Origin: Candidatus Izemoplasmatales bacterium | GTDB lineage: Bacteria; Bacillota_I; Bacilli_A; Izemoplasmatales; Hujiaoplasmataceae | NCBI GenBank assembly: GCA_050177605.1 | Contig: JBFXGX010000032.1 | Location: 1-16,613, forward strand | Length of the DNA: 16,613 bases | Direction: 5' to 3' | Shown here: piece by piece, positions 7,573-15,112 of the stretch | Layout: the number at the start of each line of letters is the position of its first letter | How positions within the stretch are numbered: the first letter of the stretch is position 1 | Made by a program: the position numbers and the translations under genes | Notes under the pieces: generated by a model | What the model saw: the letters and a program-made list of their open reading frames with translations, nothing else | Database searches by the model: none | What the model was told of the DNA's origin: nothing

Positions 7573-7601
7573 GGCGAGTATAGAAATATACTTGCTTTTT
7601 T
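7573..7601 (+). terminator. Riboswitch expression-platform intrinsic terminator
   Basis: GCGAGTATA (7574-7582), GAAA loop, TATACTTGC (7587-7595), then T6. Confidence 0.85.
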
Positions 7602-7647
7602 ATTTGCTAAAACAAAACAAAAAAATAAAACATACAGGAGGATTAAA

Positions 7648-9066
7648 GTGGAAAAGTTTTTCAAATTACAAGAAAATAAGACGACTTTTACAACAGAATT
7701 AGTAGCTGGTTTAACTACATTCTTCGCAATGGTCTACATTATTTTCGTCAACCCATCAATGCTTAGCCAAACCGGAATTCCTTACGGAGCAGTGTTCTTA
7801 GCTACCATTATTGCTACAGTAATTGGTACATTAATCATGGGATTATTTGCTAATGTACCTTATGCTCAAGCGCCAGGAATGGGTCTAAATGCATTCTTTA
7901 CTTACACGGTCGTTTCCGGATTAGGTTTTACTTGGCAACAAGCACTTGGGATGGTCTTCGTTTGTGGTCTTATCAACATTCTTATCACTGTAACAAAAAT
8001 TAGAAAACAAATTATTCGTGCTATTCCAGAATCTTTACAACACGCTATTGGTGGCGGTATCGGTATTTTTATTGCTTACATTGGTTTTAAAAATGCTGGA
8101 TTACTAAAATTTACCGCAGACCCAGGTACATGGACTGAATCATATGGTGCAATATTTGCTAACTCAAGTATTATTCCTTCGTTAACAGATTTTAAACAAG
8201 CTGCACCAATCGTCGCAATGATTGGATTATTAATCATTATCGTTTTATTACTACTAAAAGTTCGTGGTGCAATCCTTATCGGAATCGTAGCAGCAACACT
8301 CGTTGGAGCCCTACCTTTCTTAGGCGTAACTGATTTTTCAAATGTTAGTCTATCTACATCAACTCTTGGATCTTCTTTTACAGATCTTGGTTCTGTATTT
8401 GGTCAAGCATTTAATGGTATTGGTTCTCTTTTCTCTGAACCAGCCAAAATTCCTACTGCCTTACTAGCAATCTTTGCATTCAGCTTATCAGATACGTTCG
8501 ACACAATCGGTACATTTATTGGAACTGGTAAAAGAACTGGTATCTTCTCAGAAGCTGACATCGCTGCGATTGAAAATGGAAAAGGATTCAATACAAAAAT
8601 GGAAAAAGCATTATTTGCTGACTCTGTAGCAACTTCTATTGGAGCTTTATTTGGAACATCCAATACAACAACTTATATTGAATCAGCTGCTGGTATTGAA
8701 GCTGGCGGGAAGACTGGTTTAACAAGTGTGTTTACAGCAATATTTTTCTTATTAACAATCTTTTTAGCTCCAATTGCTGGAGTAGTTCCTGCAGCAGCTA
8801 CTGCACCAGCATTAATCGTTGTTGGTATTATGATGGCTGGTAGCTTTAAAGAAATTGATTGGAATGATTTTGCGACCGCAGTACCTGCATTCTTCAGTGC
8901 AGTATTAATGTCTTTAGCTTATAACATTTCAATTGGTATTGCTTTTGGATTCATTCTTTATATCGTTGTTAAAGTTGTTCAAGGTAAAGCAAAAGAAGTT
9001 CATCCAATTCTTTGGGTAAGTGCTTCATTATTCTTGATTTACTTTGTATTAATGGCTTTAATTTAA
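7648..9066 (+). CDS. pbuG: NCS2-family (AzgA/PbuG-like) guanine/hypoxanthine permease
   Basis: AGLTTFFAMVYIIFVNP, APGMGLNAFF, FDTIGT, TTYIESAAGI..GG.TGLT; RBS AGGAGG (7636-7641) before GTG 7648; purine riboswitch upstream. Confidence 0.9.
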   Translation: MEKFFKLQENKTTFTTELVAGLTTFFAMVYIIFVNPSMLSQTGIPYGAVFLATIIATVIGTLIMGLFANVPYAQAPGMGLNAFFTYTVVSGLGFTWQQALGMVFVCGLINILITVTKIRKQIIRAIPESLQHAIGGGIGIFIAYIGFKNAGLLKFTADPGTWTESYGAIFANSSIIPSLTDFKQAAPIVAMIGLLIIIVLLLLKVRGAILIGIVAATLVGALPFLGVTDFSNVSLSTSTLGSSFTDLGSVFGQAFNGIGSLFSEPAKIPTALLAIFAFSLSDTFDTIGTFIGTGKRTGIFSEADIAAIENGKGFNTKMEKALFADSVATSIGALFGTSNTTTYIESAAGIEAGGKTGLTSVFTAIFFLLTIFLAPIAGVVPAAATAPALIVVGIMMAGSFKEIDWNDFATAVPAFFSAVLMSLAYNISIGIAFGFILYIVVKVVQGKAKEVHPILWVSASLFLIYFVLMALI

Positions 9067-9075
9067 TGAGTTTGT

Positions 9076-9113
9076 AAAAAAATAAACGGTGATGTGAATT
9101 CACCGTTTTTTTT
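9076..9113. terminator. Bidirectional intrinsic terminator between the permease and the GNAT
   Basis: AAACGGTGA (9084-9092) / TCACCGTTT (9100-9108), with an A tract before and a T tract after. Confidence 0.85.
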
Positions 9114-9612
9114 ATATCCTTAATGAAAAATAATTATATTTTTTAGTTTGTTTAACTAGTTTAAAATCATTTTTCTGCAATACTCTAATTGATGCGATGT
9201 TATCTTTTAATGTTTGCGCATTGATAGTCTTAGCTCCAAGAAAATCAAAGCCATACTGTGTAAAAGAGGAGATTGCTTCACTCATATAACCATGGTTTCT
9301 GTAATGAAGACCAAGACCGTATCCAATCTCTAAAGATAAATCTTCACTTAATTCTCCCTTAAAACAGATACTCCCAATAACAGTATTTGTTTTTCTTAGA
9401 ATAATCATCCAAAAAGTATGATAATCAGCTAATTTAGGATAAGATCTGACTTTTTCAATCGATGAAGAAAAGATTGAGATTAACTCATTTGACAAGGTTT
9501 CTCCATCATAAAAGTAGGAAGTATTTTTTTCGAATAAAGAGATGTTTGTAGTAATGTACTCTAGTTCCTTCCATGTTAAAGGGAAGATATCAAGTCTTGG
9601 TGTTTTAATCAA
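9112..9612 (-). CDS. GNAT family N-acetyltransferase (RimJ/RimL-like)
   Basis: IKTPRL N-terminus, IGSICF, EIGYGL..YRNHGYMSEA acetyl-CoA motif, NIASIRVLQKNDF; TTG start 14 nt downstream of the PPase stop. Confidence 0.88.
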   Translation of the reverse strand: MIKTPRLDIFPLTWKELEYITTNISLFEKNTSYFYDGETLSNELISIFSSSIEKVRSYPKLADYHTFWMIILRKTNTVIGSICFKGELSEDLSLEIGYGLGLHYRNHGYMSEAISSFTQYGFDFLGAKTINAQTLKDNIASIRVLQKNDFKLVKQTKKYNYFSLRI

Positions 9613-9626
9613 AGTATCACATGTCC

Positions 9627-11720
9627 TTAGAATAAATGATAAAGTAAAAACGAAATAGCTAGCAAACTTGAAACTAAACTGACGACTGTAATTTGAGTAT
9701 TAAGCGATGGACCAGCAGTATCTTTAAATGGATCCCCTACTGTGTCTCCAACAACCGCTGCTTTATGGGCAGAACTTCCTTTGCCGCCATGTTTTCCAGA
9801 TTCAATATATTTCTTCGAGTTATCCCATAAACCGCCACTATTGGACATGAACAAAGCGAGAAGAAGTCCAGATACGATATTTCCAGTTAAATATCCACCA
9901 ATCGCGTAAACGCCACCGATGAAACCAACAACTATCGTAATCAGTATAGCAAATAACCCAGCAGGAATTAATTCTTTTAACGCACCGTGGGTTGCGATTT
10001 CTATACATTTGTCAGATTCAGGCATGACACCTTCTTTGCCTTCTTTTAAGCCAGGTATCGTATCAAATTGCCGATGAATTTCGCTGACCATTCTTTCAGC
10101 GTTTCGATCAACTCCGAGCATAAGCAAGGCACTAAATACGGCTGGAACGGCAGCACCAACAAGTAAACCGAAGAAGACAGCAGGGTTCATTATATCAAAA
10201 CCAACAATCTTATCAATCAGTAATCCTGCCTCATCAATCGCAGTATTGACTTCAGAGATAAATGCACCTAACAGTGAAATAACGGTCAGACCAGCGGCGC
10301 CAATAGCAAATCCTTTTGTCACAGCCTTCACTGTGTTACCTGCCGAGTCTAAACTATCAGTGATTTCAATGACCTGTTCTCCAAGACCACCCATCTCAGC
10401 AAGTCCCCTTGCGTTGTCGACAATTGGTCCATATGCGTCATTGGAAATAATCATTCCTACAATACTCAGCATGCCAACCGCAGCCATGGAAATACCAAAG
10501 AGTGCGTAGGAGGATTCCTCCCCTGTTGCACTACCTAAAGGAGCAGTGACAAGATAAGCAAGAAATGCTGATAATGCAATGCCAATCATCGCTGGCAAAA
10601 CGGATAGGAATCCATAACTTACACCAGAGATAATCGTTAAAGCCGGACCACTTTCACTTGCTTTCGATACTTTTCGAACAGGGGACTTTGAATCATCTGT
10701 GAAATAGTCAGTTGCGATTCCAACAATCACACCTACGAAAAGACCAATGATAGCGGCGAAATATATTCTAAACGATAAATTAAAAATCCAAGTTGCTAAT
10801 GCTGTTAAAACAGCGAATAATGCAGTTGTAACATAAGTAGAACTGTTCAACGCTTTTGTTGGATTATCAGATTTACCCATTTTTGCGGTTGCAACACCGA
10901 TAATCGAAGACAATAATCCGATTGCAGCATATAAAAATACAATCAGTGGTAAAGTGGATTTGTCGATGGAATATCCAATGACGAGTGCTGCGGCTAAAGA
11001 AGCAACATGACTATCAAATAAATCAGCACCCATTCCAGCAACATCCCCAACATTATCCCCGACATTATCCGCGATGACTGCTGGATTTCTAGGGTCGTCT
11101 TCGGCGATACCAAGTTCGACTTTTCCAACTAGATCAGCACTAATATCAGCGGTTTTTGTGAAGATACCACCGCCTGCTTTCGCAAAGAGTGCTAGCGAAG
11201 ACGCACCAAAACTAAAACCTAAAATCATTGTAGGGTCATCTGTGAGTAAAAAAACAAGAGAAACACCTAGTAGACTCGCACCAACGACTGCCATTCCCAT
11301 GACTGACCCGCCACGAAAACCAGATAAAAAACTTGGACGTATTCCGATTTGCGCTGCTTCAGCTGTTTTTTTGTTTGCGATTGTCGCAACGAAGATTCCA
11401 ATCTTTCCAGCAAAAGCACTAAAGACAGTTCCAAAGATATAAGCAAATGCCATAGTCACATTATCAAGTGCATTTCCTTTCCAAATTGGACTAGGCAAGA
11501 AAAGAAGAATAAGGATAGCAATGACTGATGCAAACTTCGCAAGTACAAGATATTCTTTTCTTAAAAAGGTATTCGCTCCAGATCGAATCATTTCACTAAT
11601 TTTATGAATTTTTTGGTTTGAACTTTCTTGTTTGTTCACCCAAAGATAAAGCCATCCAGCAAAGATAAATGCAAGCAAAGAAACCACAACACAAAAAATA
11701 ATCGCAATAATGGTTGTCAT
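9627..11720 (-). CDS. hppA: Membrane-bound cation-translocating pyrophosphatase (mPPase) with K+-independent-type Lys signature and atypical gate
   Basis: GGGIFTKTADISADLVGKVE, EDDPRNPAVIADNVGDNVGDVAG, DAYGPIVDNA, LDSAGNTVKA, WDNSKK, GDTVGDPFKDTAGP; RBS AGGAGTG upstream. Confidence 0.95.
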   Translation of the reverse strand: MTTIIAIIFCVVVSLLAFIFAGWLYLWVNKQESSNQKIHKISEMIRSGANTFLRKEYLVLAKFASVIAILILLFLPSPIWKGNALDNVTMAFAYIFGTVFSAFAGKIGIFVATIANKKTAEAAQIGIRPSFLSGFRGGSVMGMAVVGASLLGVSLVFLLTDDPTMILGFSFGASSLALFAKAGGGIFTKTADISADLVGKVELGIAEDDPRNPAVIADNVGDNVGDVAGMGADLFDSHVASLAAALVIGYSIDKSTLPLIVFLYAAIGLLSSIIGVATAKMGKSDNPTKALNSSTYVTTALFAVLTALATWIFNLSFRIYFAAIIGLFVGVIVGIATDYFTDDSKSPVRKVSKASESGPALTIISGVSYGFLSVLPAMIGIALSAFLAYLVTAPLGSATGEESSYALFGISMAAVGMLSIVGMIISNDAYGPIVDNARGLAEMGGLGEQVIEITDSLDSAGNTVKAVTKGFAIGAAGLTVISLLGAFISEVNTAIDEAGLLIDKIVGFDIMNPAVFFGLLVGAAVPAVFSALLMLGVDRNAERMVSEIHRQFDTIPGLKEGKEGVMPESDKCIEIATHGALKELIPAGLFAILITIVVGFIGGVYAIGGYLTGNIVSGLLLALFMSNSGGLWDNSKKYIESGKHGGKGSSAHKAAVVGDTVGDPFKDTAGPSLNTQITVVSLVSSLLAISFLLYHLF

Positions 11721-11752
11721 AATGTTACACTCCTATTCTGTATGATAAATTC

Positions 11753-11781
11753 ATTGTAACACTCAAAAATAAAATATACAA
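11753..11781 (-). promoter_or_regulatory. Putative sigma-A promoter of hppA
   Basis: Minus strand TTGTAT (11781-11776), 17-nt spacer, TG-t-TACAAT (11761-11753). Confidence 0.55.
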
Positions 11782-11820
11782 TGTCACAACAAAAAACATC
11801 CGTAAAAAAAGGCATAAGGG

Positions 11821-11849
11821 TTGACATTAATCCATCCATATGTTAGAGT
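11821..11849 (+). promoter_or_regulatory. Putative sigma-A promoter of the rubredoxin gene
   Basis: TTGACA (11821-11826), 17-nt spacer, TG-t-TAGAGT (11841-11849). Confidence 0.65.
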
Positions 11850-11884
11850 AATCTCAAGAAAAAGAATAGTTGGAGGAAATCAAC

Positions 11885-12049
11885 GTGAAAAAATATATTT
11901 GTGATATTTGCGGTTGGATCTATGATCCAGAATTAGGTGATCCAGATGGTGGAATCGCTCCAGGAACAGCTTTTGATGATATTCCAGATGACTGGATTTG
12001 TCCAGAATGTGGTGTAACAAAAGAGAATTTTAGTTTATATGAAGAATAA
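11885..12049 (+). CDS. Rubredoxin, 54 aa (not in the supplied ORF track)
   Basis: GTG start after GGAGG (11872-11876); [54 protein letters not shown] has two CxxCG motifs at positions 6/9 and 39/42. Confidence 0.97.
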   Translation: MKKYICDICGWIYDPELGDPDGGIAPGTAFDDIPDDWICPECGVTKENFSLYEE

Positions 12050-12075
12050 AACCGATGAAAATCATCGGTTTTTAT
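12046..12075. terminator. Bidirectional terminator between rubredoxin and ridA
   Basis: AAAACCGATGA (12048-12058) / TCATCGGTTTT (12062-12072), overlapping both stop codons. Confidence 0.85.
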
Positions 12076-12446
12076 TTTGCGACGATAGCGTCGATCTCAA
12101 TAAATACATCTTTCGGTAAACGAGCAACCTCAACGGTAACTCTTGCAGGTTTATGTGATTCAAAAAAATGAGCGTAAACTTCATTCATCTTTGTGAATAA
12201 AGATAGGTCTTTCATAAACACTTGTACTTTTACAATATCTTCTTTTGAAAATCCAGCATCTTTTACTATTTCTAAGATATTGATTAAACATTGCATCGTT
12301 TGTTCTTCAATGGTATCTTTGATTGACCCACTTTGTGGATCGATAGGTAGTTGACCTGACAGGTAGAGAGTATCCCCTACTTGGATGGCTTGAGAATAGG
12401 GACCAATTGCTTTTGGTGCTTTTGTAGATTCAATGATTTTTTTCAT
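12072..12446 (-). CDS. ridA: RidA (YjgF/YER057c/UK114) reactive imine deaminase
   Basis: APKAIGPYSQA, YLSGQLP, MNEVYA.FF, PAR (catalytic Arg), LPK...IEIDAI. Confidence 0.93.
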   Translation of the reverse strand: MKKIIESTKAPKAIGPYSQAIQVGDTLYLSGQLPIDPQSGSIKDTIEEQTMQCLINILEIVKDAGFSKEDIVKVQVFMKDLSLFTKMNEVYAHFFESHKPARVTVEVARLPKDVFIEIDAIVAK

Positions 12447-12468
12447 AGAGTTACCTCGCTTTTTCTAC

Positions 12469-12512
12469 ATTATACCAAAGCGGAAGCAATTTTGCTATAA
12501 GTATGATAAAAT
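12469..12512. promoter_or_regulatory. Divergent extended -10 promoters for ridA (-) and mscL (+)
   Basis: Minus strand TG-g-TATAAT (12477-12469); plus strand TG-a-TAAAAT (12504-12512). Confidence 0.5.
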
Positions 12513-12530
12513 GATATCGGAGGGTAGAAT

Positions 12531-12935
12531 ATGAAAAAAACAATAGAAGAATTTAAAGCGTTTATCAATAAAGGAAATGCAATTGATTTGGCAGTAGGGA
12601 TTGTGATTGGTGGCGCTTTTAATGCGATTATCAAAAGTCTTGTAAATGACATTATCATGCCACTAATTAGTTTGGTCGTATCAACGGATATTAAAAGTCT
12701 TTTCTGGGTATTAAAAGGGAGTGCAACCTTTGATGAAGTATCTGGAACAACTGTTTTTTCAGAAGGGGCTGTTATCATGTATTATGGTAACTTTATTCAA
12801 TCAGTTGTTGATTTTCTAATTATTGCATTATCCATTTTTATTGCCCTGAAAATGATGGTAAAAATTAAAGAAAAGGCATTAAAAATAAAAAGCATTATCG
12901 AAGATGATTTGTTGAAAAAAGAAAACGCTGAATAA
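12531..12935 (+). CDS. mscL: Large-conductance mechanosensitive channel
   Basis: EFKAFINKGNAIDLAVGIVIGGAF, SLVNDIIMP, YGNFIQSVVDFLIIA; RBS GGAGGG (12519-12524). Confidence 0.95.
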   Translation: MKKTIEEFKAFINKGNAIDLAVGIVIGGAFNAIIKSLVNDIIMPLISLVVSTDIKSLFWVLKGSATFDEVSGTTVFSEGAVIMYYGNFIQSVVDFLIIALSIFIALKMMVKIKEKALKIKSIIEDDLLKKENAE

Positions 12936-12961
12936 AAAAAATCACCGAAATGGTGATTTTT
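12936..12961. terminator. Bidirectional terminator between mscL and the Fe-ADH
   Basis: AAAAATCACC-gaaat-GGTGATTTTT with flanking A and T tracts. Confidence 0.85.
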
Positions 12962-14156
12962 ATTTTGATATGAGACTATAAAGAGTTTCAAAGTCGCTTA
13001 ACTCAAAAATCATTGGAACAGGATAGAGCGGATTTGCTTCTTTATAAGCACGTATAGACATTAGTTTCTTTTCATCATCTTGAATCGTTTGGTCTATTTT
13101 TGAAGGAATATTCATTAACGTATTGAGTGATTCAATCCATGAAATAAAAGCTTGTGCTTTTCCTTGTCTTGTGAGTGTTTCTTCAGTTAACGAAAGGTAA
13201 TCAGATAGAGAAGCAAGTTTCTTTTCGACCGTTTTTCCATAGTAACGCAAGACTTTGGGCAGAAGAACAGCATTCGCTAATCCATGAGGAGTGTGATACA
13301 TTCCACCAAGTTGGTGAGCTAGTGCATGGACATTACCAACATAGGCCCTCGTGAAAGCAACTCCAGCTTGGTAACTGGCTAAAAGCATATTTACTCTGGA
13401 CTCGTAGGTATTCTCTTGATAGGCAACGAGTAAGTTTTGGCGAATCAACTTCATTGCAGATAAAGCCATTCTTTTTGTCTTAAAAGTATTTGACTTACCG
13501 ATATAGGCTTCGACTGCATGTGTCAAGGCATCCATCCCTGTAGTAGACACGATATGTTTCGGTAATTTCTCAGTACAGATTGGATCAAGAATAGCTATCT
13601 TTGGGATGATTACTGGATCATTGATAGCATATTTTTCATGTGTTTTAAGGTCTGTAACTACACAGGCAACTGTTGCCTCTGAACCAGTCCCAGCAGTCGT
13701 AGGGACAGCGATCAGTAATGGTTGTTTCTTCCATACTTTCAGTATTCCCTTCATTTTTTGAAGGCTCTTATTTGGATGAGTTAACCGAATACCGACTCCC
13801 TTCGAGGCATCAATAACGGAACCGCCACCCACAGCCAAAATACAGTCTGCACCAAAGGTTTGATAAGCTTCAAAAATCTCTTCGATTTGTTGAATTGAAG
13901 GATTTGGAAGTGTTTCATGAAATACAGTAAAAGATATACCTTCTGTTTTAAATAAGTTGATTAATTTTTTAAAGAAATCTTGTTCATAAAGGTTTTTATC
14001 AGTCACGATAAAAATGCGAGTTTTCTTTCTTTGTTTTAATATCAGAGGAGCATCTTCTAAATGATGGTAGATAAGTGGTTCTCTAAATGGCAAAAAAAAC
14101 ATTGAAAGATATAATACTTTTTGGATAAAACGATCCATGATATGGGATAATTTCAA
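12960..14156 (-). CDS. Iron-containing (type III) alcohol dehydrogenase
   Basis: GGGSVID, PTTAGTGSE, metal ligands in DALTH, HALAH and PHG; TTG start with RBS GAGGTGA. Confidence 0.93.
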   Translation of the reverse strand: MKLSHIMDRFIQKVLYLSMFFLPFREPLIYHHLEDAPLILKQRKKTRIFIVTDKNLYEQDFFKKLINLFKTEGISFTVFHETLPNPSIQQIEEIFEAYQTFGADCILAVGGGSVIDASKGVGIRLTHPNKSLQKMKGILKVWKKQPLLIAVPTTAGTGSEATVACVVTDLKTHEKYAINDPVIIPKIAILDPICTEKLPKHIVSTTGMDALTHAVEAYIGKSNTFKTKRMALSAMKLIRQNLLVAYQENTYESRVNMLLASYQAGVAFTRAYVGNVHALAHQLGGMYHTPHGLANAVLLPKVLRYYGKTVEKKLASLSDYLSLTEETLTRQGKAQAFISWIESLNTLMNIPSKIDQTIQDDEKKLMSIRAYKEANPLYPVPMIFELSDFETLYSLISK

Positions 14157-14173
14157 AATATCACCTCTTGTTC

Positions 14174-14202
14174 ATTTTAACATAATCAAATCGACTGTTC
14201 AA
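14174..14202 (-). promoter_or_regulatory. Putative promoter of the Fe-ADH gene
   Basis: Minus strand TTGAAC (14202-14197), 17-nt spacer, TG-t-TAAAAT (14182-14174). Confidence 0.55.
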
Positions 14203-14216
14203 TAAAGTACTTTATT
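14201..14216. promoter_or_regulatory. Perfect 16-bp palindrome, candidate operator between the divergent ADH and AKR genes
   Basis: AATAAAGTACTTTATT equals its own reverse complement. Confidence 0.45.
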
Positions 14217-14251
14217 TATGAAACCAATTGCTCAGTATTTATCATAAGAAG

Positions 14252-14260
14252 TGATATAAT
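14252..14260 (+). promoter_or_regulatory. Extended -10 element for the AKR-cat operon
   Basis: TG-a-TATAAT immediately before the AGGAGGAGG RBS. Confidence 0.5.
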
Positions 14261-14279
14261 AAAGGAGGAGGTACTTAAG

Positions 14280-15104
14280 ATGAAAGAAAAAAACGTTTAT
14301 GAATTATCAAATGGAGTCAAGATACCACAAATTGGATTTGGAACATGGCAAATACCAAATGGTGATGTTGCATATAATGCTACAATGCAAGCGCTAAAAG
14401 CAGGATATACACATATTGATACAGCTGCAGCTTATGGTAATGAAGCTTCTATCGGACAAGCCATTAAAGATTTTAAGATTGCCAGAGAAGATCTATTTAT
14501 TACTTCAAAATTAAAAGCAGAAATTAAAGGTTACTCAGAAGCAAAACATGAGTTTTTCGAAACTATTAAAAAACTTGGAGTTGATTATTTAGATCTTTAT
14601 CTAATTCATGCACCAAAACCATGGGGATCTCCAAAAGATCCTATGGATTTTATGGAAAAAAATATCGAAAGTTGGAAAGCATTTGTTGAACTTTATCAAG
14701 AAGGTTATATTAAAGCGATTGGTGTTTCTAATTTTACCAAAGAACAAATTCAGCCATTAATTGATGCGACTAAATTTACGCCACATGTTGATCAAATTTA
14801 TTTGTGCCCTGGAGCACTACAACTAGATACTGTTCAGTATGCTAAAGCACATGGTATTTTAATTGAAGCTTATTCTCCGTTCTCTACGGGCAGATTATTT
14901 AAATCAAACACAATTCACGAAATTGCAAGTAAATATCAAAAAACCGCTGGTCAAGTAGCTCTTCGTTGGTCTTTACAAAAAGGACATTTACCGCTACCTA
15001 AATCAGTAACAGAAGAAAGAATAATATCTAATCTTGACGTATTTGATTTTGTACTATCTGAAGAAGATATGAAAAAAATCGATGAGATAAAAATAGAATA
15101 TTAG
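14280..15104 (+). CDS. Aldo/keto reductase (AKR5, diketogulonate-reductase-like)
   Basis: IGFGTWQ, catalytic tetrad in IDTA, AYGNE, TSKL and LIHAP; IGVSNF; LPKS...RI..N. Confidence 0.93.
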   Translation: MKEKNVYELSNGVKIPQIGFGTWQIPNGDVAYNATMQALKAGYTHIDTAAAYGNEASIGQAIKDFKIAREDLFITSKLKAEIKGYSEAKHEFFETIKKLGVDYLDLYLIHAPKPWGSPKDPMDFMEKNIESWKAFVELYQEGYIKAIGVSNFTKEQIQPLIDATKFTPHVDQIYLCPGALQLDTVQYAKAHGILIEAYSPFSTGRLFKSNTIHEIASKYQKTAGQVALRWSLQKGHLPLPKSVTEERIISNLDVFDFVLSEEDMKKIDEIKIEY

Positions 15105-15112
15105 AGGATAAA

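Noticed and set aside
7431..7622. 12-nt inverted repeat TTTTGTTTTGTT (7431-7442) / AACAAAACAAAA (7611-7622) bracketing the riboswitch
   Set aside because: Low-complexity, weak pairing; the 5' arm may partly precede the TSS; plausibly chance in AT-rich DNA.
7555..7647. 31-aa N-terminal extension of the permease from TTG 7555 in the ORF track
   Set aside because: It lies within the riboswitch expression platform and has no RBS; AGGAGG before GTG 7648 marks the real start.
8403..8663. 86-aa minus-strand ORF
   Set aside because: Antisense shadow wholly inside the NCS2 permease, with no recognisable motif.
10246..10509. 87-aa plus-strand ORF
   Set aside because: Antisense shadow of hppA.
11074..11442. 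122-aa plus-strand ORF
   Set aside because: Antisense shadow of hppA; Pro/Lys/Thr-rich as expected opposite Gly/Phe/Val codons.
11714..11790. TGTCAT/TGTTAC/TGTCAC-like repeats near the hppA start, resembling a Pho box
   Set aside because: Spacing is not the 11-bp period of PhoB/PhoP boxes, and the copies coincide with the start codon and promoter elements.
12470..12778. 102-aa minus-strand ORF
   Set aside because: Antisense to mscL and runs across the divergent promoter region.
12797..12991. 64-aa minus-strand ORF
   Set aside because: Overlaps the ADH 3' end, crosses a bidirectional terminator and is antisense to mscL.
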